64,000 bases of DNA from Octopus sinensis (taxonomy: Eukaryota): assembly GCF_006345805.1 (NCBI RefSeq), contig NC_043015.1:28210001-28274000 (forward strand). The letters are read 5' to 3'. The notes beneath the pieces are model-generated. The model was not told the DNA's origin and ran no database searches. It saw nothing but the letters and a program-made list of their open reading frames with translations. This document shows positions 50,300 through 63,729 of the stretch, in pieces (the first letter of the stretch is position 1; each line of letters begins with the position of its first letter). The translations under genes and the position numbers were made by a program.

Positions 50300-50660
50300 A
50301 TAAACACACACCTGTTAAATGATGTAAACACACGGATTCTCCCTCTCTCTCTCTCTGCCCATTTAGCACATGCACAACCTGTCGAATAATATCTAAACCA
50401 CCACCCCTCAATCCACCCCAACACAATCTCTTACATACACAAACATACACTTGTTAAATACATAAACATACACCTGTTAAAACACACACACATACACACA
50501 CAAACACACACCTGTTAAAACAGAAACATATACCTGTTGAAAAACACACACATACGCACACAAACACACACCTGTTGAAACAGAAACATATACCTGTTGA
50601 AAAACACACACATACACCTATCAAAATACTTACTCATACAAAACACACACCTGTTGAAGT
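50300..50660. repeat. CA-rich minisatellite with a (C/T)ACCTGTT core
   Basis: Seven cores; 60-bp period at 50509-50600. Confidence 0.75.
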
Positions 50661-51183
50661 ACACACACCCTCTCATATACACAACTATATCTCTCTTAAA
50701 ATATATGCAGACCTTGACTCTCTACTCTCCACAGCAACACTTACTCCCTGTGTAGTACACACCACTTCTTAAGCTACGTGTGTATATATATATAAACACA
50801 AACTACAAGGTTACCGCTGTTCGATATTGTTCTAGTTTATATTTTTACTTTTTATTATACGACATTCTATTATTTTATGCTATTATTATATCACAAGGAA
50901 AATACCACAAAGATACAAAAATAGCCCATCGGTGTTCACCGTCAGTAAATGATACACTAAACGTAAAATAAAGGAGAGAAAAGTTGTTGTTGTTAAGAGG
51001 GGAAGCAAGCAAACGTTATTGAAAGCATTCTTAGTTTAAAGGTCAGAAACTTCGAATACTCCGTGATTATTACCGTAAGATAAGTTGAAACCACTCATAA
51101 GAAATATTATATAGCATTCATTGATAGTATATATAAATATAGATGAACAAAAGGATTTATAAAAAGATACAAAAATTGGATAT

Positions 51184-51967
51184 TTTCCTTTTGAACGGCA
51201 GATGTCAACACAATTTCTAGTTAACTAAACACTTTTAAACTTCGTATACTGGTAGAATGTGTTTATAAAACATTTTTTTTCTTGGCTTTATTGAGAAAAT
51301 TCTATAGTTTGTAAGATATTTCCACTTTAATTTCGAGCATTTCGGCAATTTTAACCAATCGCTGGAGTCCATTTGTGGTGAAAACATTCCGTGCTGTATG
51401 AATATGTCCCTCGTTTAAGAAACAGATTGCGTTTATTTACATTTCTGAAGAAAAAAAGATAACCTTCCCCCACCCCTAACCCTAACCCTAAAACAGATTG
51501 AAATGCAATAGATCGATACTAGGGTTATAATTATGGGTGACAATTTCATACGACACTGCTATGGAAAATGGGATTTTTTTTCTAGCGGTGTCAAATGAAA
51601 TTGTCACCCATAATATGACCCTAGTATCGATCAATTGCATTTCAATCTGTTTTAGGGTTAGGGGTGGGGGAAGGGTATCTTTTTTTCTTCACAAATGTAA
51701 ATAAACCCAATCTGTTTCTTAAACGAGGGACATATTCATATGGCACAAAATGTGTTTTTTTTACCTCAATAGACGTCATTGATTGGTTGAAATTACAGAA
51801 ATTGAAGAAAAGAAAAACCCAACAAATATCTTTCAAACTATAGAATTTTCTCAATAAAGCCAAGAGAAAAAGATGTTTTATAAACACATTCTACCAGTAT
51901 ACGAAGTTTAAAATTTTTTAATTACCTAGAAATTATGTTAAAAACTGCCGTTCAAACCGAAAAGGAT
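51184..51967. mobile_element. Fold-back element: ~380-bp imperfect inverted arms with a ~20-bp spacer
   Basis: Left arm (ttgaacggcag...gacactgcta) is the reverse complement of the right arm (tagcggtgtc...ctgccgttcaa); arms contain CCCTAA/TTAGGG units. Confidence 0.85.
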
Positions 51968-52002
51968 TTGAACTTCAAAAATCAAAATCAAATTCGATGA
52001 CT

Positions 52003-52340
52003 GGCGTCCGTGCTAGCGGGGTGCAAAGAGCACCATACAACTGTGATCATTGACAGAGCGGCTAACTGGCTTCCGTGCCAGTGGCACTTAAAAGGGCACC
52101 ATTCGAGCGTGATCATTACCAGCATTGTCTGACTGGCCCCCGTTCCGGTGGCACGTAAAAAGCACCCACTACACTCTCGGAGTGGTTGGCGTTAGGAAGG
52201 GCATCCAGCAGTAGAAACTCTGCCAGATCAAGATTGGAGCCTGGTGCGGCCATCTGGTTCGCCAGCCCTCAGTCATACGTCCAACCCATGCTAGCATGGA
52301 AAGCGGACATTAAACAACGACGACGATGATGATGATGATG
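52003..52340 (+). mobile_element. SINE family C
   Basis: Matches family C. Confidence 0.8.
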
Positions 52341-52502
52341 AATATAGCAAGCTCAAAGAAATACATGTTTTCGGACACTAACTATTACTTATGTTTGACA
52401 AATTGACCTTGAAACTACAAATTGGAACATGTGGTCTTCTCTTATCTTTGCTTTTGATAAGATTTGAACAAGGAACTGAGACAAAAAAAAAAATTGAACA
52501 AT

Positions 52503-52918
52503 GCAGGAGTGGCTGTGTGGTAAGTAGCTTGTCTACCAACCACATGGTTCCGGGTTCAGTCCCACTGCGTGGCACCTTGGGTATGTGTCTTCTATTATAG
52601 CCTCGGGCCGACCAATGCCTTGTGAGTGGATTTGGTAGACGGAAACTGAAAGAAGCCCGTCGTATATATATCTATATATATATATTATATATGTATGTGC
52701 GTGTTTGTGTGTCTGTGTTTGTCCCCCCAGCATCACTTGACAACCGATGCTGGTGTGTTTATGTCCCCGTCACTTAGCGGTTCGGCAAAAGAGACCGATA
52801 GAATAAGTACTGGGCTTACAAAAAAAGAATAAGTCCCAGGGTCGAGTTGCTCGACTAAAGGCGGTGCTCCAGCATGGCCGCAGTCAAATGACTGAAACAA
52901 GTAAAAGAGTAAAGAGTA
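52503..52918 (+). mobile_element. SINE family A, full length
   Basis: Matches family A. Confidence 0.85.
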
Positions 52919-52989
52919 ATGCAAAACATTTAGTCCAGTTAAGACAGTTATCTGTTTCATAAATATATTTGCATAACTGATGCAGCAGA

Positions 52990-53520
52990 ATAACTATAAA
53001 GATGGTTGAATGTCAGGCATAGTAAGAACATCTGGTGCATGAATGCATGGATCTTTTTTATTTACTACTAACTTACTTGTGGTGACATTCACCCTGGGCG
53101 GGCTGAGTCGGCTTCTTCCACCATCCTCGAGGCATTGTATTCGCCATTGAGAATTCATGGAAGAAGTTTCGTGGGAATATGTGGATTTGACAAGCGGCCC
53201 CCAACAATCCCGCATGTAGAGACATCCTGTTTGCCGCAGATTGTCCGCAGATGCAGGGGCAGAACGACCGAGGAGCCGCCGGTTGCCGAAGCAGACACTC
53301 TGAGGATTTTCACCAGAGCCCTGTCTGCCGGGTTGCCGCAGATTGTCCGCAGATGCAGGGGCAGAACGACCGAGGAGCCGCCGGTTGCTGAAGCAGACAC
53401 TCTGAGGATTTTCACCAGAGCCCCGTCTGCCAGGTTGTGGTCCTAATACCACTCGGTGTCAGACCAATCTGCTTTGGGTGGCCCTACCAGGAACCGAAGT
53501 TCCCGACGGCATAGCCCTGA
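52990..53520 (-). mobile_element. RTE-like LINE 5' fragment containing a 102-bp tandem duplication (53231-53434)
   Basis: gggtggccctaccagga motif; two GC-rich 102-bp units, visible as a 34-aa repeat in the ORF track. Confidence 0.45.
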
Positions 53521-54097
53521 CACTACCCGTTGCAAGTGTCCCCACCACGTTTTTGTTTAGCCCCGGGTCAGTCCTAATCAAGCAGATATATGATTGAGAT
53601 TCTTCCAATCCATAGACCCCTTTTTTTTTTTATTCAAACATTTTGTATTTTAATCTAGAACTACATTATTTAGTGCGTGGTTCATTATTTTTACAACAGG
53701 GTGTGATCTGAAGGAGAATTGTCTGCTATTTCTAACAAACAACCTTGTCAGCACAAACATAGGACGTTAGATTAGAGCGACAGGTATGGAATGTAAACAA
53801 AGATTTGATAAGATGTGAGGCTAGAAATAGTAGCTGAGAACTGTTATCTAGATGACATAAGTATGTATAGTGAAGCATATGATAACATGTGAGTTTAAGT
53901 ATATTGTTACTAGTTCTATGTCAGCACTGATTGGGGCATTCCGGCTATGACCATCCAGTCTATTTTTAAATAAACCACACAGACTACATTATCCAATAAT
54001 TTTTGTTAAGACAATAAATAGAGTGGTTAAAGTGAGTTGACTACTATTTCCAGCGGGTTGAATACCTATGTAGAGCCCCTCACTGATTCACAGTTGT

Positions 54098-54193
<96 letters not shown>

Positions 54194-54195
54194 AA

Positions 54196-54530
54196 GGCGC
54201 ATGGCTCAGTGGTTAGAGCGTCGAGCTTACGATCGTGAGGTTGTGAGCTCGAATCCCGGACCGGGCTGCGTGTTGTGTTCTCGAGCAAGGCACTTTATTT
54301 CACGTTGCTCCAGTTCACTCAGCTGTAGAAATGAGTTGCGACGTCACTGGTGCCAAGCTGTATCGCCCTTTTTCTTTCCCTTGGATAACATCGGTGGCGT
54401 GGAGAAGGGAGGCTGGTATGCATGGGCGACTGCTGGCCTTCCATAAACAACCTTGCCCGGACTTGTGTCTAGGAGGGTAACTTTCTAGGTGCAATCCCAT
54501 GGTCATTCATGACCGAAGGGGGTCTTTACT
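54196..54530 (+). mobile_element. SINE family D (tRNA-derived head GGCGCATGGCTCAGTGGTTAGAGCG)
   Basis: A box and B-box-like GAGCTCGAATCC; older copy at 37417-37745. Confidence 0.8.
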
Positions 54531-54537
54531 TTACTTT

Positions 54538-54580
<43 letters not shown>

Positions 54581-54624
54581 AGGATTCAAAGACCCGACAA
54601 ATGAAGTGAGTTCATGCTCGCAGG

Positions 54625-55077
54625 ACGGCCTGCTGTGCTGTCCTTGGATCGTAGAGTGACCCGCTGTTCTTGAGGAGACCTATTGAGCCAAGTACATCAA
54701 CATCGAAATAAAAATAAAATTTCAAATGGAAATTGTAGTTAAGACACCCATGCCGGTGACACGTAAAAAGCACCGTCCGAACGTGGCAGATACTTGCGTC
54801 GCCTGACTGGATTCCGTGTCGGTGACACGTAAAAGCACCGACCGATCGTGGTCGTTTGCCAGCCTGCTCTGCTTCCTGTGCCAGTGGCACGTAAAAAGCA
54901 CCCACTACACTCACGGAGTGAGGTTGGCATTAGGAAGGGCATCAAGCTGTAGAAACACTGCCAAATCAGATTGGAACCTGGTGCAGCCATCTGGTTCGCC
55001 AGTCCTTAGTCAAATCATCTAACCCATGCTAGCATGGAAAGCAGACATTAAACGATGATGATGATGATGACGACGAC
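54625..55077 (+). mobile_element. SINE family C with long 5' extension
   Basis: Matches family C. Confidence 0.8.
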
Positions 55078-55240
55078 ACCCTATTTTTCTTCATATATAG
55101 CAACAAAAGAACTGAAGCTTCCTAAAAAATCCCTGCCCACAACTGTTCCATCTTGAACTGAAGGTCAGCTTGGAAGAAATCAATAAGACATTTACAAAAT
55201 TCTTGAATAAACATTCAGTGAAGTTACAGAATTGGATAAC

Positions 55241-55284
<44 letters not shown>

Positions 55285-55790
55285 CCTGATGCAGTATCAG
55301 GCAGTGGCTCTCGTGGCTTCTGATCTTAACTGATTGGAAGTGTTATCATGTACATTGTTTTGTCTTGGTATAAAAGATGGGCTACAGCAAATATTCTGCT
55401 CAATACCACAGATTTGCTTGTCAGTTGTTTGACCTTAACCAGTTGAGCATGTCCCTTAGTGGCTGACGATATGTGCATCTCTGATCACGAGCAGAAGTAG
55501 TGGGGGAGCAACATAGCCATGTATTGAGAGAAATTCTTTGGGGTTTGAATAATTCACCTCTGGAAACAACCCTTATTCAGGGACCTTTTGAGCAGGATGG
55601 GCCGTTCAACTTGAAGAAAATTCTAACTGGGCCCCACCTGCAAAGTCATGTGTTGTTTATCTTGATATGAGTTCACCATGTGGCACACATATGGTTGTGA
55701 TGCATGTGCTTGGTGTACCCTTATCACATGAGTAGTCATGATGGATTTACTGGGCTTTGTATATTTTAACCCAGTGTCACTTTGATGGCA
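55285..55790 (-). mobile_element. Probable LINE 3'-UTR-type interspersed repeat next to an (ATT)n tail
   Basis: Complex sequence abutting (TAA)n at 55248-55284; family not determined. Confidence 0.35.
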
Positions 55791-56179
55791 TGCACTGCTC
55801 TCTCTCTCTCAATAATAATAATAATAATAATAATAATCATAATAATAATGATTTCAAATTTTTGCCACACTGGCAGCTTGGGGGAGGAGATTTAAGTCGA
55901 TTACATCGATTGCAGTGTGTAACTGGTGCTTATTTAATCGACCGTGAAAGGATGAAAGGCAAAGTCGACTTTGGTGGAATTTGAACTCAGAATGTAGTGA
56001 CGGGTGAAATAATAATAATAATAATAATAATGACAATAACAATAATAATAATAATAATGCTTAACTAGAAAGAAATTGCTCTAAATGCTCAAAAGGAGAA
56101 ATCAATTAAAAAACAAGCCTACGTTTAGATTACATCATGGATGAATAGATATGAATAAAGAAAATATACATACACAACT

Positions 56180-57024
56180 GCTAAATGATTAGTTCTCTCT
56201 CTCTCTCTCATCCACTTCCACCTCCCCCACCAAACATCTCTTTCCTCTGCTCTCCCTTCCCCCTCTCTCTCCCTCTTTCTCTCCTAAGCCAACCAACTTC
56301 TCTTTTGTCTCTTTATATCATTCAGGCTTTTGTCAATCAACATCTCTTCCTATTTCTTTCATTCTTTTAAAATCCACTCTTTCTTTCTTTCTCTCTCTTT
56401 CTCTCAGTCAGTCAATCTGCCTTTCTCTCTCTCTCTCTCTTTCTGGCACTCTTTGGAAACCTACATTCTCTTTCATTCTTTCTTTGCAAATCTGCTCTCT
56501 TTCTTCTTCTTTATCAGTCTCTTTCTCTCTCTCCCTCTCTATATCTCTTTCTCTGTCAGTCTACATCCTTTTTCATTCATTCTTTGCAAATCTACTCTCT
56601 CTTTTCTTCTTTATCAGTCAGTCTCTCTCCCTCTCTCTCTACATCCTTTCTCATCCATTCTTTGCAAATCTGTTCTCTCATCTCTCCACCCCACCCCACC
56701 CCCCTTGTCAATCTACATCCATTTCTTATCTTGTCTTTCTCAGTCTACTTCTCTCCCTCCCTCACTCTCTCACTCAATCTACATTCTCTCTCTCATCTTC
56801 CTTTTCACCATCTACTTCTCTCTCTCTCTCTCACACACACTCTCCATTCTCTTTTATCTTCTCCATTTCAATCTCTCTCTTTCTCTCTCTCTCAATCTAC
56901 ATTCTTTCTCATTCATTCTTTGCAAATCTACTCTCTCATCTCTTCTTTCTTTCTTTCTCTCTCTCTCTCTCACTCTCTCCTTGTCAATCAATCTACATTC
57001 TCATCTTCATTTTCATTGTCTGCT

Positions 57025-57075
<51 letters not shown>

Positions 57076-57650
57076 CTCATACACACACACTCTCTCTACA
57101 TTCTCTTATCTTCTCTATCTCAATCTCTCTCTCTCTTTCTCTCTCTCTCAATCTACATTCTTTCTCATTCATTCTTTGCAAATCTACTCTCTCATCTCAT
57201 CTTTCTCTCTTCTCTCTCTTTCTCTCACTCCTTGTCATCCAATCTATATTCTCTCTCATCCTCTCTTTCTCATCTCCATCTCACTTCTCTCTTCCTTCAT
57301 TCCTTTCTTCAAACACTCCACCAATCTTCTCCATTTCTTTCAATCTCTCTCCTTTTCTTCATTATTTCTTCTTTCCTTCCCAGTCTCTTCCCAGTTTCTT
57401 CACTGCATTTAATTTTCATTCCCCCATCACACCCAGTTTCAATTTTTTACTCTCTTTTTACTCAATTTTACTCCTCAACCACAACACACACACACACATT
57501 CTATTTCCCAGTCTCCGCCCCCCCAAACCACTCCCCACCTTTCTCTCTCTCTATCCCTTACTCAGGCTCCACTTGTTCAATATTCCTGACTCTCCCTCAC
57601 CCTCCCTCCCTCCTAAGCCACTCCCTCACCAGTCTGGGGTCATCTGAAAA
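56180..57650. repeat. Polypyrimidine (CT)n-rich degenerate minisatellite
   Basis: tctttgcaaatct recurs at about 56481, 56581, 56660, 56918 and 57174. Confidence 0.85.
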
Positions 57651-58499
57651 GTACACAGCAGCAGACAGTCACAAGATTTTCAGGTACTAATGCCATCACT
57701 AATGCTACTAGTCCAAATACCATTGCCACTGACGATACCATCAACCAACAGGCATACCAAAAGCCAGAGAGGAAACCTCTTTCGTGGTCACTCGGCATGC
57801 TAGAAACAGCAGCCAAATCACTTTCAAATAAAACACTAAAAACGAGGACGTTAAATAATATATTCCTACTTACGCTCTACTTGTATGAATGAAGAAAGAC
57901 GAAAAGACAGGATGGTCATGGTTGGAATGCCTTTCATAAAGCTTTGCTCAATCAGGACCAAAATGGGTTTAAATAACAAAAGAACCCCCACGCCAACACA
58001 AATAAAAACAATATCATCGAACCAGTGTACATATGTGTGTATATGTGAATGTATGTATGCATAGGTATATGTGCATCTGTTTGTACACGTGCATTATGTG
58101 CATGCACACTTGCTTGCATGTGCACGCTCAGCCAACCACTTGAATGTGCATGCATGTTTGTAAATAAGACAATACAATTATAAAAGCATTAAACCGTTGG
58201 TGCTCCAGCATGGCCACAGTCAAATGACTGAAACAAGTAAAAGAGTAAAAGAATAAAGGAATGCAATGCACATTCGGACACTGGATTTGGGCACTGCACT
58301 GTGGCCATGCTGGAGCATCCCCTTCAAGGTTCTTTGGACAATCATATTGACTCTAGCACATATTTCAAACTGGTACATACTTCATCAATCTTTATGTAGA
58401 ATCGCTAAGTCACTGGGCATAAAGGGACATGCATCTAGGCATGGACCCACTGTGTGCACACACAACAGGCGTCTGTATTATTTTTGCTTACATGCATGT

Positions 58500-59560
58500 A
58501 TACACACAAATTTGCATGCATGTACAGATATATAGACCACACATGTATATATGCATACATATGCAGGTGTATGAACACATGTACATACACACACACACAT
58601 ATATGCATATAAATTTGCACATAAGCAGATATAGACACATTTACATATATGCATACATGCAGGTATATGAATATGTACACACACACACATATATATATAT
58701 GCACACATATGCAGGTGTATAAACACATGTACATGTACACACACATATGTACATATATGCATATAAATTTGCACATAAGCAGATATATAGATACATTTGC
58801 ATATATGCATACATGCAGGTATATGAATATGTACACACACACACACATATATATATGCACACATATGCAGGTGTATAAACACATGTACATACACACATAT
58901 ATGCACATGTATGTATATAAATGTGCACATATGCAGATATATATAGCCACAGTTGCATATATGCACACATATGCAGGTATATAAATATGTACACACACAT
59001 GCACATATATGCATATAAATTTGCACATATGCAGATATATAGACACATTTGCATATATGCATACATGCAGGTATATAAATATGTACACATACACACATGT
59101 GCACACATATGCAGGTGTATAAACACATGTACATACACACATATATGCACATATATGTATATAAATGTGCACATATGCAGATATATATAGCCACAGTTGC
59201 ATATATGCACACATATGCAGGTATATAAATATGTACACACACATGCACATATATGCATATAAATTTGCACATATGCAGATATATAGACACATTTGCATAT
59301 ATGCATACATGCAGGTATATAAATATGTACACATACACACATATGTGCACACATATGCAGGTGTATAAACACATGTACATACACACATATATGCACATAT
59401 ATGTATATAAATGTGCACATATGCAGATATATATAGCCACAGTTGCATATATGCACACATATGCAGGTATATAAATATGTACACACACATGCACATATAT
59501 GCATATAAATTTGCACATATGCAGATAGACACATTTGCATACATTCAGGTATATGAACAC
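58500..59560. repeat. Higher-order minisatellite (atgcag-initiated subunits; 244-246 bp period)
   Basis: gcagatatatatagccacag recurs near 58931, 59175 and 59421. Confidence 0.85.
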
Positions 59561-60054
59561 ATACACACACATACATATATGCACATTATATATATATATA
59601 TAAAACCTATAGATAGATACAAAATACACTTAGAGGAAATGATAGAAATGCATACAGCATACATGAGTGTATACACAAATACATAAAAGGCTTATATACA
59701 CAAGCACAAATTGAAATACATACACAAATACAGACACTACATACTATAGAGCATGCAATGCACACAGAATCATAAATGCACATCACAAGGATATATACAT
59801 ATTCCTACATAAAACATACACATCCTTAAACACACACACGCGTACAAGAACATAGACATGATGCAGGACACATACACAAGATCGTGTAAACACAGAGATA
59901 AGGAAGAAGTGGAGAGAGACAAAGTAAAGAGAGAGAGAGAAAGAGAGAGAGTACAAGACAAAATTATAAAAAGATGGGGAGAGAAAGAGAGAGTAAGAGA
60001 GAGAGAGAAAGTGAAAGTGAAGAGACCAGTCCCCTTGCTATCAGATTATTCTAT

Positions 60055-60059
60055 GTGTG

Positions 60060-60099
<40 letters not shown>

Positions 60100-60400
60100 C
60101 ACACACACATATATATACATACATACACAAACACATATATACATACATACACAACACACATATATATACATACATACACACACACATATATATACATACA
60201 TACACACACACACATATATACACACACACACACATATATACACACACACACACGTGTATATATATATATACACACACACATATGTATATATATATACACA
60301 CACACATATATACATATACACACACACACACACACACACATATATACATACATACATATACACACACACATATACATACATACATATACACACACACAGT
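60055..60400. repeat. (TA)n/(CA)n compound microsatellite
   Basis: Direct reading. Confidence 0.9.
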
Positions 60401-61009
60401 TGTAATACATACCAGGCAGAGATACAGAGTAATCAATACAATTTAGTTAATATCACTGATGTTTCATTCCTTCGCTGACCACCATCACCACAGCCTTACA
60501 CACACCACACACACACACAGATCCCCCCCTCTCTGTGTTCTCACATCCCCCTGATTACTATTATCTCTTCTAGTTCTCTTTTTCCTGTTCCTCCTCCTCT
60601 CCTCCAGGCTTCATCCAGACATTTCAGTTTTCTTTTCCTTTTTATTACATCCTCTCTTCTACTTTCACTTTCCTTATTTCCTTCCTCCCTTCCTTTCTGT
60701 TAAGTCTGTTATCCATTTCTTGCTCAGCCTAATTTGCACAAACACACACACACACACAAAGAGGAAATGGATGCAAAATGCATCCATACAAGTACGTGTG
60801 TATATAATCACGTACATACACATACACGCATATATAAGACACACACACATGTATAAGGCATACAAACAAGAATATAATCATGTACATACATATTCATATA
60901 TTTGTATATCAGATACAAATATACAACAATGTGTGAATGAACACACATCAACAATAAGACATACATACAGATACACCCAAGGATATATGCATATCCACAC
61001 GTGACATAC

Positions 61010-61225
61010 TCTTTTACTCTTTACTTGTTTCAGTCATTTGACTGCGGCCATGCTGGAGCACCGCCTTTAATCGAGCAACTTGACCCCGGGACTTATTCTT
61101 TTGCAAGCCCAGTACTTATTCTATCGGTCTCCCTTTTGCCGAACCGCTAAGTAACGGGGACATAAACACACAGCATTGGTTGTCAAGCAATGCTAGGGGG
61201 ACAAACATATTACACACACACGCAT

Positions 61226-61278
<53 letters not shown>

Positions 61279-61430
61279 CGGGCTTCATTCAGTTTCCGTC
61301 TACCAAATCCACTCACAAGGCTTTGGTTGCCTGAGGCTATAGTAGAAGACAATTGCCCAAGGTGCCACGCAGTGGGACTGAACCCGGAACCATGTGGTTG
61401 GTAAACAAGCTACTTACCACACAGCCACTC
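61010..61430 (-). mobile_element. SINE family A, flanked by a ~116-bp direct repeat
   Basis: Flanks at 60894-61009 and 61429-61545 are homologous. Confidence 0.85.
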
Positions 61431-61899
61431 ATATATTTGTATATATCAGATACAAATATACAACAATGTGTGAATGAACACACATCAACTATAAGACAGA
61501 CATACATATACACCAAAGGATATATACATATACACACGTGACGTATACAAGAATATATAGATGTGCACACATATTTATAATAATCCATACAAATACATGC
61601 ATATACTAGAATATATGAATATATGCACACACACACATATAAGACATACATATACATACACACAGGAATATTCAAATGTATATATATATATATACACACA
61701 CAAAGACATACAGACATAAGGTATGAATGTATACATGTACATGCATATATATAGCCATACTAGAATATATGCATATAGACACATAAAACGTGTATACAAA
61801 ATATACATACACAAAATCATGTATATATACACACACATATATATATATATACAACATACAAGAACATATGAATGTACAAGCATACATACACATGACATG

Positions 61900-62086
61900 A
61901 ACATCACATACAAGAATATATTAATGTGTGTGTGGATATATATATACACACACACACACACGAATATATTCTTGTGTGTGTGGATATATATATATATATA
62001 TACACAAGAATATATTAATGTGTGTGTATGTATATATATATATATATATTTACATACACACACACAAGAATATATTATTGTGTGTG

Positions 62087-62118
<32 letters not shown>

Positions 62119-62130
62119 AGAATATATTAA

Positions 62131-62182
<52 letters not shown>

Positions 62183-62230
62183 CATACAAATACATACCAG
62201 CAAGAATATATTAATGTGTGTGATGTATAT
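61900..62230. repeat. ~50-bp minisatellite, caagaatatattaatgtgtg plus variable microsatellite
   Basis: Core repeated about 6 times. Confidence 0.8.
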
Positions 62231-62969
62231 ATATATATATGTATGTATGTATAACATATCATCCACACAAATATGTAGTACACACATTTCTTATACACAC
62301 CATCATCTCATCTATCTTCTTTCCTCCCATTAATGATAAACAACCAATTTTCACACCCCACCCATCCGCCCATATATCCACCCATCCATCCATCCATCCA
62401 CCCACCCACCCATCCATCTCTTCCTCTCTATATTTCCTCCTTCACATTCTTCGATCTAGCCTCCTCTTCTCTCCCCTGCCCCCACCCCCAGGTATTCTCC
62501 CTTGCCCCACCCTCATCCCACCCTTCCACCATCCCCGTTTCAGCTATACTGTTTGCTATTCACCATTTCCTCTTTCTCACCATCTCTTCCGATGCATCAC
62601 ACCACAGAGGTTCCATCTGGCCAGTTCGCCGTCTTCAGACACAGAATCTAAACTGGGTTTTTTCTCGTTCCTGCCTTCTTTTCTCCCCCCCTATTTTTAG
62701 CATTTCCATTACTTATTTCCTCTCCAGCTCACTTCCACCACCCCGTCACTTCCTCCCTATTTACCATCTATTTTTCTTCACCTCTCTCTCTCTCACATAT
62801 TCATACATACACCTGTGTACATATGAGTGTGTATATGTATATATATATTCTTTATTCTTTTATTTATTTTAGTCATTTAACCGTGGCCATGCTAGAGCAC
62901 TACCTTAAAGGGTTTTAGTCAAACAAATCGATCCCAGGACATAGTCTTTGTAAGCCTAGTACTTATTCT

Positions 62970-63372
62970 TATTTCTTTGCTGCCCACAAGGGGCTAAACA
63001 CAGGGGACAGACAAACGGATTAAGTCAGTTATATCGACCCTAGTGCGTAACTGGTACTTATTTAATCGACCCCGAAAGGATGAAAAGCAAAGTCGACCTC
63101 GGCGGAATTTGAACTCAGAACGTAACGGCATACGAAATACCTATTTCTTTACTACCCACAAGGGGCTAAACACAGAGGGGACAAACAAGGACAGACAAAT
63201 GGATTAAGTCGGTTATATCGACCCCAGTGCATAACTGGTACTTATTTAATCGACCCCGAAAGGATGAAAGGCAAAGTTGACCTCGGTGGAATTTGAACTC
63301 AGAACGTAGCAGCAGACGAAATACCGCTAAGCATTTCGCCCAGCATGCTAACGTTTCTGCCAGCTCACCGCC
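62970..63372 (-). mobile_element. SINE family B dimer
   Basis: Junction gaaataCCtatttc near 63140. Confidence 0.8.
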
Positions 63373-63729
63373 TCCAACCAGCAGAAGTTTCTGGACCATC
63401 TGACAGAGATTTTACAATGCAAAACGGATTGGGAATTGCAGACAAAGAATTATAATTCAAAACATTGAATATGTGGAAAACAGAAACTCTGTATTGGTTA
63501 TAGTCGGAACCTAAAAGAGTTAACTTAAAAGCCTTCTAGATCACCACTAGTAGACAATAGGTAACACAGACTGATTTACTGTTAATGGTCCATATATTAC
63601 AGAAACTACTACCAAGGTATAGTCTTGATTTCGACTAGAAGAGGGGTTTTCAGTTATTAAAATGGATCCATTATTATTAACCATCTAATTTATGAAAAAC
63701 ACCAAAAAATAAATGTTAAAATTATACTA

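Noticed and set aside
51470-51670. Interstitial telomere or chromosome fusion site
   Set aside because: Only 2-3 hexamers, and they are part of the fold-back element arms.
54196-54270. Functional tRNA gene
   Set aside because: The anticodon and acceptor stems do not pair, and the sequence continues into a SINE body with a second copy at 37417.
56330-57690. 360-387 aa Ser/Leu/Phe-rich ORFs
   Set aside because: A pyrimidine-only tract lacks stop codons in all frames.
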